Source of the DNA: an uncultured Candidatus Rokubacteria bacterium
GTDB lineage: Bacteria > Methylomirabilota > Methylomirabilia > Rokubacteriales > CSP1-6
Direction of reading: 5' to 3'
Assembly: GCA_963754315.1 (NCBI GenBank)
Contig: CAVWFS010000018.1
Span: forward strand, 640,001-704,000
DNA: 64,000 nucleotides
Positions 8,735 to 18,859 of this stretch are shown piece by piece. Within the stretch, counting starts at the first letter, position 1. Every line of letters starts with the position of its first letter. The translations under genes and the position numbers were made by a program. The notes beneath the pieces are model-generated. The model saw only the letters and a list, made by a program, of their open reading frames with translations. It was not told where the DNA came from and made no database searches.

Positions 8735-9748
8735 ATGATCCACGACGCCAGAGTTGAGGATTTTGTCAGGGCCTTCGGAGCCTTGCGCTCGGAGGTCGAG
8801 AAGGTCATCGTGGGCCACCGTGAGATCATCGACAGCGTCCTCGTGGGGATGTTCGCGGGAGGCCACGTTCTCCTGGAAGGGGTGCCGGGCCTGGGCAAGA
8901 CCTTGCTGGTCAAGACCCTGTCGGAGGGTCTCGAACTGTCCTTCTCACGGATCCAGTTCACACCCGACCTCATGCCAGCCGACATCGTGGGCACCAACAT
9001 CATCGTGGAGGATTCGGAGAACCGGAAGCACTTCCAGTTCCAGCAGGGACCCATCTTCTCCCACGTCCTGCTTGCCGACGAGATCAACCGGGCCACCCCG
9101 AAGACACAATCGGCCCTTCTCGAGGGGATGCAGGAGGCGTCCGTCACCGTGGGCGGGGTGTCACGACCGCTGCCCATGCCCTTCTTTGTGCTCGCCACCC
9201 AGAATCCGATCGAGATGGAGGGCACCTATCCGCTTCCGGAAGCCCAGCTTGACCGCTTCTTGATGAAGCTCCGGGTGCGTTACCCGGCCGTCGAAGAGCT
9301 CAACGCCATCATCGACCGCACCACTCAGGCCCGCGTCGTTTCCGTCGACCGCGTCATGACCGGGCCGGCCGTGCTGTCGTTCCGGGAGCTTGTCCGGGAG
9401 GTTCCCATCGCCTCCCACGTGCGCGACTTCGTGTCGGCGGTCGTCATGGCCACCCACCCAAAGTGGGAGCATGCCCCCGAGGTCAGTCGGCGGTTCATCC
9501 GCTACGGTGCGAGTCCCAGGGGTGCGCAGGCGATGGTGCTCTCCGCCAAGGTGCGGGCGTTGGCGGCGGGTCGCTACAACGTCAGCCTCGAGGACTTGAA
9601 GTCGGTGGCGCTGCCCGCGTTGCGCCATCGCCTCATCCTGAACTTCGAGGGTGAGGCGGAAGGGATCGATGTCGATAACCTGATCGAGCAGATTATGGAG
9701 AGCGCCAACGTCGCGTCGCTCGTGGGCAAAGAAGCGTTTCTGCGCTGA
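8735..9748 (+). CDS. moxR: MoxR-family AAA+ ATPase
   Basis: GVPGLGKT Walker A, RIQFTPDLMPADIVG, LLADEINRA and ATQNPIEMEGTYPLPEAQLDRF. Confidence 0.95.
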   Translation: MIHDARVEDFVRAFGALRSEVEKVIVGHREIIDSVLVGMFAGGHVLLEGVPGLGKTLLVKTLSEGLELSFSRIQFTPDLMPADIVGTNIIVEDSENRKHFQFQQGPIFSHVLLADEINRATPKTQSALLEGMQEASVTVGGVSRPLPMPFFVLATQNPIEMEGTYPLPEAQLDRFLMKLRVRYPAVEELNAIIDRTTQARVVSVDRVMTGPAVLSFRELVREVPIASHVRDFVSAVVMATHPKWEHAPEVSRRFIRYGASPRGAQAMVLSAKVRALAAGRYNVSLEDLKSVALPALRHRLILNFEGEAEGIDVDNLIEQIMESANVASLVGKEAFLR

Positions 9749-9761
9749 AAAGGAGAACCCG

Positions 9762-11210
9762 ATGGGCGTCGAGGCGCTTGATCGATTCGTTCAGCAGGTC
9801 GTGTCGCAGGTGCGGTGGCGACGCGCGGAACACTACGGTCTCCGCGGCGCCTTCTATGGGGCCCTGGGCGCCGTGGTCGTGCTCATCTTCAAGGAGACCT
9901 TGGGGGCCTGGACGCTGCCCACCGCGGCGGGAGCGTTCGTGCTGGGGACCGTGATCGGGATGGTCGTCGGGCTTGCCAAGAAGGTCCCCGTGGCCGACGC
10001 GGCGCGCCTGGCCGATCGGGCCTTCGGGCTTGATGAGCGGGTTGCGACCTCGATAGAGTGGGCGAACCGGCCCGATCGGTCGCCGCTGGTGGCGGCGCTG
10101 GTGGCTGACGCCAGCGAACGAGTCGCGACCTTACCCGCTCGGCAGATCATCGGTCGTCGTTCGTCACGCGAGGCCAAGCTCGTCGCCATACCCCTAGCCG
10201 CGAGCCTGGCGCTCGCGCTGGCCCCGGCTGTTCCCGTGCCCTCCTTGCGGCTGCCCGACTTCGCGTCGACGCGCGAGCCGGACAAGGCAGCTGACCGCGC
10301 CGAGACCGCGGTGATGCAGGAAGCCTCGCGGGCTTTGCCCAAGGACGCCCTCAAGCGGCCGTCCTTCGAGGAGCGCGACCTGGTGCCGCGGGCGGGGACC
10401 GGTGGCACCACCACCGCCGGCGACCTGTCGGCCATCTTCAAGGATACGTCCCTCGCTAACGCCCGGCCCGATTTCAACAGCTTTCTCAAGAAGGGCGACG
10501 AGCGGCTCAAGATGCTCGAGCAAGCCGATCGGCTGCCCGATCTGCAGTCTGACTTCACCTCGAGCCAGTACAAGGTCATTTACCGGCAAGCCAAGGAGCT
10601 GCGAGGCGGTCTGACTCCGGATATCTCTCCCCAGAAGCTCAAGGAGCTGCTCGAGGAGATGGATCGGTTGGGCCGAAAGGGAGGCAACAACTGGAGCCCC
10701 GACGCCGCGGAGGGCATGGAGGCGCTGGAGGGTGGCCAGACGGATCGTGCCATGCAGGCCATGGAGAAGGCGCTCAACAAGATGCGCGCCATGGACGAGC
10801 AGCAGCGCTCAGGGAAGAACCTGCGCGGCGGGCGCGAGAGCGATCGAGGGGCGGGGCGTGAGCGCGGTAGGGGGGGAGAAGGCGGCGGGCCGGAGGACCA
10901 GGATTTCGGCGAGGGTGAAGGCATGCTACCCGGGCGGGGTCGGAGCGCGTCGCCCAAAGGAGAAGCGAGCCAGCGTCTGCGCGCTAATCCCTTCGATGTC
11001 GGTGTCGAAGGCGAGTCGCGCCGAGGGAAGAAGGAAGGGTTCGATACCAACATGGTAGGGCGCGGAGGTCAGATGCCGTCCCGGATGCAGTACCTCGGGG
11101 TGATCGGACAGTATCGGAAGATGATGGAGGATGCCATCACGCGGGAGGCTATTCCGCGCGATCACCATGCGCAGATCAAGGAGTACTTCCAGTCTCTCGA
11201 CGAGCGCTAG
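9762..11210 (+). CDS. Membrane-anchored coiled-coil hypothetical protein of the MoxR/vWA operon
   Basis: N-terminal TMs, DRAFGLDERVAT motif, helical middle, Gly-rich linker and C-terminal IPRDHHAQIKEYF. Confidence 0.75.
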   Translation: MGVEALDRFVQQVVSQVRWRRAEHYGLRGAFYGALGAVVVLIFKETLGAWTLPTAAGAFVLGTVIGMVVGLAKKVPVADAARLADRAFGLDERVATSIEWANRPDRSPLVAALVADASERVATLPARQIIGRRSSREAKLVAIPLAASLALALAPAVPVPSLRLPDFASTREPDKAADRAETAVMQEASRALPKDALKRPSFEERDLVPRAGTGGTTTAGDLSAIFKDTSLANARPDFNSFLKKGDERLKMLEQADRLPDLQSDFTSSQYKVIYRQAKELRGGLTPDISPQKLKELLEEMDRLGRKGGNNWSPDAAEGMEALEGGQTDRAMQAMEKALNKMRAMDEQQRSGKNLRGGRESDRGAGRERGRGGEGGGPEDQDFGEGEGMLPGRGRSASPKGEASQRLRANPFDVGVEGESRRGKKEGFDTNMVGRGGQMPSRMQYLGVIGQYRKMMEDAITREAIPRDHHAQIKEYFQSLDER

Positions 11211-11212
11211 GC

Positions 11213-12103
11213 GTGCCGGTCAGCGCTCGTCAGAACGTATTCAGCCCCGAGTTCTTGGCGCAGTTGGAGCGACTCTCTATCGCGTCGCGCCGCTCGTTCC
11301 GCGGCCGCGTGAAGGGAGAGCGCCGTAGCCCCCGCAAGGGACAGAGCGTCGAGTTCTCGGACTACCGCGCCTACGGCGTCGGCGACGATCTCCGCTACGT
11401 CGACTGGAACATCTACGGGCGGACCGATCGCCTGCACGTCAAGCTCTTCGTCGACGAGGAGGATCTGTGCGTCCATCTGCTCCTCGACGCATCGGCGTCG
11501 ATGGGGTTCGGTCGTCCCTCGAAGCTCGAGTACGGCGGGCGGCTGGCGGCAGCCCTTGGCTTCGTCGGGCTCGTCAACCTCGAACGGGTAGGGGTGGGTG
11601 TGCTACGCGAGCAGATCGCCGAAGGGTGGCCGCCCATGCGAGGCCGTAACCAGTTCATGGCGCTCACCAACTTTCTGGCAAATCTCCGGGCCGGCGGCCG
11701 GACCAGTCTCACCCCCGGGCTGGCCAACTACGCGGCCCGCGGACGGGAGCCCGGGATCGCGGTGGTGATCTCGGATTTTCTCGATCCGCAGGGGTACGAG
11801 GCGGGGTTACGTGCGCTCCTCGAGCATCGCTTCGAAGTTCACGTCGTGCATCTGCTGGATCCGGCCGAGATGAACCCCCAAATCGGCGGAGATCTACGGC
11901 TGATCGATAGCGAAACCGGGGAAGTGCGCGAGTTGACCGTCGACGGTGATGCATTGCGTGCTTATCGTGAGCGGCTCCGGAACTTCCTGGACGGACTGGA
12001 AGGCTTCTGTCGCGCCCAGGAGATTGGACACCACCGGGTGATGACGGATCTCCCCGTGGAGAGCGTCGTTCTCACCCATCTGCGAGGACTCGTGTTCGCA
12101 TGA
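11213..12103 (+). CDS. DUF58 domain protein
   Basis: GQSVEFSDYRAYGVGDDLRYVDWN, LLLDASASM and VISDF motifs. Typical MoxR partner. Confidence 0.93.
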   Translation: MPVSARQNVFSPEFLAQLERLSIASRRSFRGRVKGERRSPRKGQSVEFSDYRAYGVGDDLRYVDWNIYGRTDRLHVKLFVDEEDLCVHLLLDASASMGFGRPSKLEYGGRLAAALGFVGLVNLERVGVGVLREQIAEGWPPMRGRNQFMALTNFLANLRAGGRTSLTPGLANYAARGREPGIAVVISDFLDPQGYEAGLRALLEHRFEVHVVHLLDPAEMNPQIGGDLRLIDSETGEVRELTVDGDALRAYRERLRNFLDGLEGFCRAQEIGHHRVMTDLPVESVVLTHLRGLVFA

Positions 12104-15100
12104 GCTTTCTGTCCCCGCTGGCCTTCGCCCTCATCGGCCTCACCCTGCCCCTCGTCCTTCTGTACTTTCTGAAGGTCCGACGGCGAGAGCGGCAGGTTCC
12201 CAGCCTGCTCTTGTGGGACGCCGTCAAGCGTGACCGGGAGGCCTCCGCCTTCTTCCAGCGCCTGCAGCGCGACCCCCTCATAATTTTGCAAATTCTTGCC
12301 CTGATCGCGCTGGCCACGGCGCTGGCCCGGCCGACCATCACCGTCACCGGTCACGGCGCCCGCAAGGTAGTGGTGGTGCTCGACCCGTCGGCGTCCATGC
12401 AGACGCGCGACATTCCCCCCTCGCGTTTCGCCCAGGCCAAGGCAGAGGCCGCTGCTCTCGTGAGCCGTCTCGGCGAAGGCGCCGAGGTCATGGTGATCGA
12501 AGCGGGGGTGCAGCCAAAGGTGGTGGCGGCGCTCTCACGAGAGCGCGAGCGGGCGTTAGGGGCCATCAGCGCCGCCCAGGCCAAGGACATGCCTAACCGG
12601 GTCGGCGAGGCAGTGCGCACGGCGCGTGCCCTGGTGGCCAACGATCCCGCGGCTGAGATCTACGTCTTCACCGACGGGGTAGGTCCCCTGGCGGAGGAGC
12701 GCGATCTCAAGGACACCCGCATTCGCTGGGTCGGGGTGGGGCGGGGCGGACGCAACGTGGCCATCACCAACCTGGCCGTGCGAAAGAACTACTACGGAGC
12801 CTTCGACTACCAGGCCTTCGTCTCGCTGGTGAACTACACACCCGAGACGCAAGAATTTACCTTCTCGCTCGACATCGACGACAAGCCCATTGCCGAGAAG
12901 TCGGTGACCTTGGAGCCGAGCGTGCGTCGGTCGGTGGTCCTTCCCTTCAGCCACACGGGAGGGGGCACGGTGGCTGCCCGCCTGCGCATCAACGACGATC
13001 TGCCCGTCGACAACGTGGCCTATGCCGTGCTCCCGCCGGCGAAGAAGATCCAGGTTCTGCTCGTGAGCGGCGGGAACCTCTTCCTCGAGAAGGCCCTCAA
13101 GACCGACCCCCAGGTGGAACTCGAGACGCGGAGTGTGGATCAGTACGAAGGAGGGATGGCGGGGGCGGACGTGGTCGTGCTCGACTCGGTCAACGTGCCG
13201 CGCGTGGGGCCCGGCCGCTTCGTGTTCGTCAACACCGTGCCGGGCGACGTTCCCCTCGAGGTGATGGGGCGCCTTGAGCGCCCGGCCATCATGGACTGGG
13301 ATCGAAACCACCTGATCATGCGGTATGTCGACTTCGCCAAAGTGGTGGTCGAGGATGCCATGCGCATCAGACCGCTGGCGGCCGGGCGGCCTCTCGTGGA
13401 AGCGATCGGCGGTCCTCTCATCTACGCCATCGAGGAGCAGGACCGGAAGGCGATCTTCGTGGGGTTCGACCTCTTCAAAACGGACTTGCCCTTGCGGGTG
13501 GCGTTTCCTCTCATCTTGTCCAACGGCCTTCGCTGGCTCCATCCGTCGGGCGCCGATCAGGCAAGCTTCCAGCTTGCCGCGGGACGGCCGATCTTGCTCC
13601 CGGTGCCGCATGGGGTGGCCACGGCCACCGTGACCACTCCTAGCGGGCGCAGCGTCAAGGCGCCAGTGACGCGGGGCGTGGTCAGTTTTAGCGAGACCGA
13701 GGAAGTCGGGACCTACACCCTGGCCACTGCAAAGGGTGAAACGAAGCTCGCCGTCACCCTGATGGACGCCGACGAATCGAACGTGACTCCGCGCGCCTTG
13801 CCAGCTTCGGCACCTCCGGGCGCGGTCCCGACCCCCTCCGTGCCTGTTCAGCGTGAATTGTGGCCGCTCTTCGTCCTCCTCGCGGTCGTGCTGCTCCTGT
13901 TGGAGGGCCTCCTCTACTGGCGTCGGCAGAGCGCCGGCCGGTTCCGGCCCCCCGTCAATTCGGGGGATCGGTGGGCGCTGGCCCTGCGGGGCGCTCTCGT
14001 GCTGGTCCTGGCGTTGACGTTCCTGCGCCCCAACCTGCCGCGTTGGGTGGATCGACTGAATGTGGTCTTCCTGCTCGATGTGTCAGACAGCGTAAGCCTG
14101 GCCGCTCGCGAGCGCGCCTACCGGTTTGCTTCCGAATCGACCAAGTATGTCAAGGGCGGTGATCGCAACAGCGTGATCGTGTTCGGCGAGGAGGCGGTCG
14201 TTGATCAGCCCCTCGCGCATCGAGCCACTCTCGAGAGGCCCAGGGCGGCAGTGGGTGGTCGAGGCACAGACCTCTTCCAGGCAATCCAGCTTGCCCAGGC
14301 CGCGCTCCCGCCCGGGCAGGCCAACCGCATCGTGCTTTTGACGGACGGCCGCCAGAACGCCGGGAACGCCTTGGCGGCGGCTCAGGCGGTCAAAGATGCC
14401 GGGGTCGACCTGTACTACGTGAGAGCCCCACTCACGTTCACGCAAGAAGTCGTGGCCGAGTCCATGGTGCTGCCGCAAGAAGTCAAGTACGGGGAGCCCT
14501 TCCAGGCCAAGGTGGTGGCGTGGAGCTACAAGGACACGCAGGGGCGCGTTTCTCTCTTTCGTAACGGAGAGTTTCTCGGCTCTCAGGTCGTCCGCCTGAC
14601 CGCCGGCAAGAACGTGTTCAGCTATCGGCAGTCCCTCGACCAGAGCGGCATCCACGTCTATCAGGCTGCCGTCGAGGTGGATGGTGACACCATCGAGGAC
14701 AACAACCGCGCGGTAGGAACGGTCGTCGTGCGCGGCCGGCCCCAGGTCCTCCTCGCCGAGAAAGACAAAACCCACGCCGCATCCCTGGTGGGTGCCTTGC
14801 GATCCCAGAACATCGAGGTGACCGTGGTCGAGCCGTCTGGGATTCCCAAGGACATTGCCGGCCTGCAAAAGTACGACGGGGTCATCCTCTCCAACGTCTC
14901 TTCGCTCAAGCTCGGTCGTGACCAGATGGTGAGCATCCGCGATTACGTCCGCGACCACGGCGGCGGTCTGATGATGATCGGGGGTGAGGAGAGCTTTGGT
15001 CTGGGCGGCTATTACCGCACGCCCGTGGAGGAAGCCCTTCCCGTCACCATGGAGGTGAAGCAGAAGATCGAGATCCCCAGCCTGGCCGTGGTGCTCTCAA

Positions 15101-16482
15101 TCGACCGGTCGGGCTCGATGGCGATGTCGACGGACGAGAAGGTTACGAAGCTCGACCTGGCCAAGGAGGCGGCGCATCTCGTCATCGACCTCCTCGACGA
15201 ACGGAATGAAGTCGGCGTGCAGAGCTGGGATACCGAGTTCATCTGGGACTTCCCGGTCAAAGCCGCCAAGGACAAGGGGGCTGCCCACCACGCAGTGGCT
15301 ACCATCAAGGCCGGCGGAGGTACCGACGGCTACCCGGCGCTCAAGGAGTCCTATTCCGTTCTCTTCGACCGTCCGGCGCTACTCAAACACGTCATCTTTC
15401 TGTCCGACGGTCAGATGACCCGTGGTGATTTCGCGGGACTCTTGCGGCGCATGTCTAAGGACAAGATTACCGTCTCCACAGTCGCCATCGGCAAGGACGC
15501 AGACGTCCAGCTGATGGTCGACATCGCCAAGTGGGGGCGAGGCCGCTTCTACTACACGGAGGACTCCCAGACCATTCCCCGGATCTTTACCTTGGAGACC
15601 CAGCTCGCCTCCAAGGCCTCACTCGTTGAGCAGCCTTTCAAGCCGGCCCTCACCTCGGCCAATCACGAAGGGGTGCAAGACATCGACTGGAAGGCTGCCC
15701 CCCCGCTCGGCGGCTACGTAGCGACGAGTCTCAAGAGCACGGCTGAATTGGTGCTCATGAGTCACCAGGAGGATCCCGTTCTCGCGACCTGGCGGTTTGG
15801 GCTCGGGCGGACAGCCGCCTTTACCTCGGACGCCAAGGCCAAGTGGGGCGTCCTCTGGCTGCGCTGGCGAGACTTCAACAAGTTCTGGGCGCAGATCACG
15901 CGCTGGACGTTGCGGAGCGGCACGCGCAGCGACACGGTGGCGACCGTGGACCGCCGAGACGGCACCGGCGAGGTTGTGGTGGACGCAGTCGACGGCAAGG
16001 GGGAGTTCATCAACTTCCTCGACTCCCAGATCGGTGTGGTAGCGCCCAACCGGGAACGGACCGTGATCGACCTGGAGCAGATCGGTCCCGGCCGCTACCG
16101 TGGTCGCTTCCCCGCTCCCCAGGAAGGAGTCTACCTGGTAGGGATGGCCCAGCGCCGCAGCGACCGCGTGATTGGATCGCAGCTGGCCGGGTTGGTGGTA
16201 CCGTATGCACAAGAGTTGCGCGACCTCGGCGTCGACGATGCGTTTCTGCGTGAGCTGACCGAGTTGACGGGAGGGGGTGCCGTTGACGACCCCAAGGACG
16301 TTTTCGAGCGGGGACGGCGGCAGTCCCGGATTGCGGTGGAGCTATGGCCCTGGCTAGTCGGGTTCGTGACCCTGATGATCGTCCCGGAGATCGCCCTGCG
16401 GCGGCTCGGTCCGAACGCGCTCTCGTGGTTCGGGCGTCGGCGCCGCGGGGGAGACCCTCCGGTGAACTCACAGGAGGCGTGA
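12100..16482 (+). CDS. Large BatA/vWA multidomain membrane protein (three vWA domains plus a GATase-like domain)
   Basis: BatA-like N-terminus (MSFLSPLA...VPSLLLW...ALARP). MIDAS motifs LDPSASM, LDVSDSV and IDRSGSM. GGGLMMIGGEESFGLGGY GATase-like segment. Internal and C-terminal TMs. Confidence 0.88.
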   Translation: MSFLSPLAFALIGLTLPLVLLYFLKVRRRERQVPSLLLWDAVKRDREASAFFQRLQRDPLIILQILALIALATALARPTITVTGHGARKVVVVLDPSASMQTRDIPPSRFAQAKAEAAALVSRLGEGAEVMVIEAGVQPKVVAALSRERERALGAISAAQAKDMPNRVGEAVRTARALVANDPAAEIYVFTDGVGPLAEERDLKDTRIRWVGVGRGGRNVAITNLAVRKNYYGAFDYQAFVSLVNYTPETQEFTFSLDIDDKPIAEKSVTLEPSVRRSVVLPFSHTGGGTVAARLRINDDLPVDNVAYAVLPPAKKIQVLLVSGGNLFLEKALKTDPQVELETRSVDQYEGGMAGADVVVLDSVNVPRVGPGRFVFVNTVPGDVPLEVMGRLERPAIMDWDRNHLIMRYVDFAKVVVEDAMRIRPLAAGRPLVEAIGGPLIYAIEEQDRKAIFVGFDLFKTDLPLRVAFPLILSNGLRWLHPSGADQASFQLAAGRPILLPVPHGVATATVTTPSGRSVKAPVTRGVVSFSETEEVGTYTLATAKGETKLAVTLMDADESNVTPRALPASAPPGAVPTPSVPVQRELWPLFVLLAVVLLLLEGLLYWRRQSAGRFRPPVNSGDRWALALRGALVLVLALTFLRPNLPRWVDRLNVVFLLDVSDSVSLAARERAYRFASESTKYVKGGDRNSVIVFGEEAVVDQPLAHRATLERPRAAVGGRGTDLFQAIQLAQAALPPGQANRIVLLTDGRQNAGNALAAAQAVKDAGVDLYYVRAPLTFTQEVVAESMVLPQEVKYGEPFQAKVVAWSYKDTQGRVSLFRNGEFLGSQVVRLTAGKNVFSYRQSLDQSGIHVYQAAVEVDGDTIEDNNRAVGTVVVRGRPQVLLAEKDKTHAASLVGALRSQNIEVTVVEPSGIPKDIAGLQKYDGVILSNVSSLKLGRDQMVSIRDYVRDHGGGLMMIGGEESFGLGGYYRTPVEEALPVTMEVKQKIEIPSLAVVLSIDRSGSMAMSTDEKVTKLDLAKEAAHLVIDLLDERNEVGVQSWDTEFIWDFPVKAAKDKGAAHHAVATIKAGGGTDGYPALKESYSVLFDRPALLKHVIFLSDGQMTRGDFAGLLRRMSKDKITVSTVAIGKDADVQLMVDIAKWGRGRFYYTEDSQTIPRIFTLETQLASKASLVEQPFKPALTSANHEGVQDIDWKAAPPLGGYVATSLKSTAELVLMSHQEDPVLATWRFGLGRTAAFTSDAKAKWGVLWLRWRDFNKFWAQITRWTLRSGTRSDTVATVDRRDGTGEVVVDAVDGKGEFINFLDSQIGVVAPNRERTVIDLEQIGPGRYRGRFPAPQEGVYLVGMAQRRSDRVIGSQLAGLVVPYAQELRDLGVDDAFLRELTELTGGGAVDDPKDVFERGRRQSRIAVELWPWLVGFVTLMIVPEIALRRLGPNALSWFGRRRRGGDPPVNSQEA

Positions 16483-16486
16483 CGAC

Positions 16487-17839
16487 ATGATTTGGCACCG
16501 TCGACGGCCCTCACCGTGGGTAGTCCTGGGTATCCTGACCGGCTTGGTCCTATTCGTGAGTGCGGCGAGCGGGGCGGCCAAGCCGCGAATCGTGGTCATC
16601 GTGCCGTTCAATACGGAGACGATCGATCGTGACAAGCAGTGGATGGGAGAGGGCGTCGCCCAGGTTCTGGCCCTCGGGCTGACCCAGCATCCGGCAACGG
16701 TCGTCGTGGAGAGCGCCCGCCTGCGCTCCTTCGCCAAACCGGAGGGTTGGACCGAGAGCAGCGTCGTCCAGGCGACACGAGGGATCAAGGCCGACGCCGC
16801 GCTCTTCGGCCAGATCGTCCGCAAGGGCCCTGATTTCGTGATCCAGCCCCGCCTGCTCGAGATGAAGGCGAGCGGCCCCGACGTGGTGAGTCTCGAGCCC
16901 ATCACCAGCTCCGAGCCCGAGTTCCTGAGCCGCATCTCGGCCCTCCCCGTGACGTATGTGCGGACGATGAAGGTCGCCCTCAGCGAGGCGGAGATGGCGC
17001 GGATGGACCGAGCGTCTCGCCCGACGCAGTCGCTGCGCGCTTTCGAACTGTTCGCCCGCGGCGCCATGGCCGTCCAACGCGGTGGTCAGGACGGTAACGA
17101 AGCCGCGGTGGAGATGTTCACCAAAGCCATCGAGGCGGACCCCACCTTCGCGGTGGGGCAATACACTCTCGGTACGGTTCACCAGGCGCTCAACAATCGC
17201 TGGAAGGCCACCGCTCAGTTCCGGGCCGCCGCTCAGCTTGATCCCGCGTATCCGGAGCCCATGAAAGCATTGGGTGACCTGTTTCTGGTGGCTCCCCGTC
17301 GGCTCTTCGACCAGGCGGTCGAGGCCTACACCAAGGCCATCGACCTGCGCCCGTTTTACGCGGACGCCCACGTGGGGCTCGGCGACGCACGAGCCGCAAA
17401 GGGCGAGGTGGACGGCGCTATTAGCGCCTACCAGAAGGCCCTGGTCTTCAATCCTGCTAATCCCAGGGTCTACATGAGTCTCGGCAAGATCTACTACAGC
17501 GAAAAGGGCCTGTACTACGAGTCAGTCACCGCCTACAAGAAGGCCATCGAGCTGGATGCCCAGTCCGTCGAGGCGCGCATGGGACTGGGTGAGGTCTACG
17601 AAGACAAAGGACTCTATCGCGAGGCAGTCGACGAGTACAAGAAGGTGATCGAGCTGGAGGCCAAGCATACGGGGGCCCTCTACAACCTCGCCCTCGTCTA
17701 CGAGAAGGTCGATCCGAAGGAAGCGATCGTGCAGTGGGAAAAGTACATCGCGCTGGCCTCGCAACTCCCCTCCGAGAAGGACTGGGTGGACGTGGCCCGA
17801 CAGCACCTCCGGAAGCTCAAGAGCCAGGTGAAGGAGTAG
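16487..17839 (+). CDS. Exported tetratricopeptide-repeat protein
   Basis: N-terminal signal/TM, TolB-like/CsgG-like N domain (IVVIVPF), multiple TPR repeats (AYQKALVFNP, YKKAIELDA). Confidence 0.85.
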   Translation: MIWHRRRPSPWVVLGILTGLVLFVSAASGAAKPRIVVIVPFNTETIDRDKQWMGEGVAQVLALGLTQHPATVVVESARLRSFAKPEGWTESSVVQATRGIKADAALFGQIVRKGPDFVIQPRLLEMKASGPDVVSLEPITSSEPEFLSRISALPVTYVRTMKVALSEAEMARMDRASRPTQSLRAFELFARGAMAVQRGGQDGNEAAVEMFTKAIEADPTFAVGQYTLGTVHQALNNRWKATAQFRAAAQLDPAYPEPMKALGDLFLVAPRRLFDQAVEAYTKAIDLRPFYADAHVGLGDARAAKGEVDGAISAYQKALVFNPANPRVYMSLGKIYYSEKGLYYESVTAYKKAIELDAQSVEARMGLGEVYEDKGLYREAVDEYKKVIELEAKHTGALYNLALVYEKVDPKEAIVQWEKYIALASQLPSEKDWVDVARQHLRKLKSQVKE

Positions 17840-17850
17840 ACCGTCGCCAC

Positions 17851-18859
17851 GTGGACGAACTGAGAAAGGACACGACGAGCGGCCGTTGGGTTCTCGTCCG
17901 TCCGTCGTCCAAGCCCAACTCCGAGAGCGAGTGTTCCTACTGCCCGGGAGCGGAGCACCTGTCCGGCCCCGAGATCGCCGCGTACCGAAAGGACGGACCC
18001 CACCCCAACGGCCCAGGGTGGACGGTCCGGGTCGTACCGGAACGCGATCCCTACTTTCGTATCGAGTGGGAGCTCGCGCGCGAGGGGATCGGTATGTTCG
18101 ACATGATCACGCCTCGGGGGGCCAGCGAGCTGATCATCGAGTCGCCGACACATACCGACACCTTGGCGTCGATGGACGCCGAACACCTGGAGTCGATCCT
18201 CTGGATGTATCGGGACCGTATCATCGACCTCAAGCGCGACGGGCAGATCCGCGACATTCTGATCTCGCGTCACCACAAGAAGCCGGGGGTTCCGAATCAC
18301 CACCCGTACTCGCGGGTGTCAGCGATCCCCATCGTGTTCGATGCGACCCGCCGAGAATTGCGGGAGGCGCGCGAGTACTACCAGTACAAGCGCCGATGCC
18401 TCTACTGTGACATCCTCCGCCAGGAGGTGGGGGCCGAGGAACGTCTTGTCCGTCTCACAAAGTTTTTCGCCGTCATCATCCCCTACGCCGCCCGCACCCC
18501 CCTGGAGACGTGGATCTTACCTCGACGTCATGGCTGCTCGTTCGAGGACGCCGTCAATCCTGAGACGACTGCAGACCTGGCCCGCCTGCTGTCAGGGTTC
18601 TTTCGCGCGCTGGCCACCGGGTCTGGAAGACCCGAGTTACGAGCTGGTCCTTCACAACGCTCCCAACATTCGTTCGCGAGTCATGCAAGGGGACTGGTCG
18701 AGTATCTACGATGACTATCACTGGCACATCGAGGTCATGACTCAACTGGAGAGCGCCAATCGAGTGGGAGGCATCTACGTCAACGAGACGCCACCCGAGA
18801 CATCGGCCGCCGCGCTGCGCGGTGCCTGGCAGGCGACCGGGGACGGTCTTCAGGGGTAA
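17851..18859 (+). CDS. GalT-like (galactose-1-phosphate uridylyltransferase fold) protein with a degenerate active site; +1 frameshift near 18620
   Basis: ELRKD..GRWV, CxxCPG, WTVRVVP, CLYCDIL, ETWILPRRH and, in the next frame, YHWHIEV and IYVNETPPE. Extra G in ACC-GGG-TCT at about 18619-18621. Confidence 0.82.
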
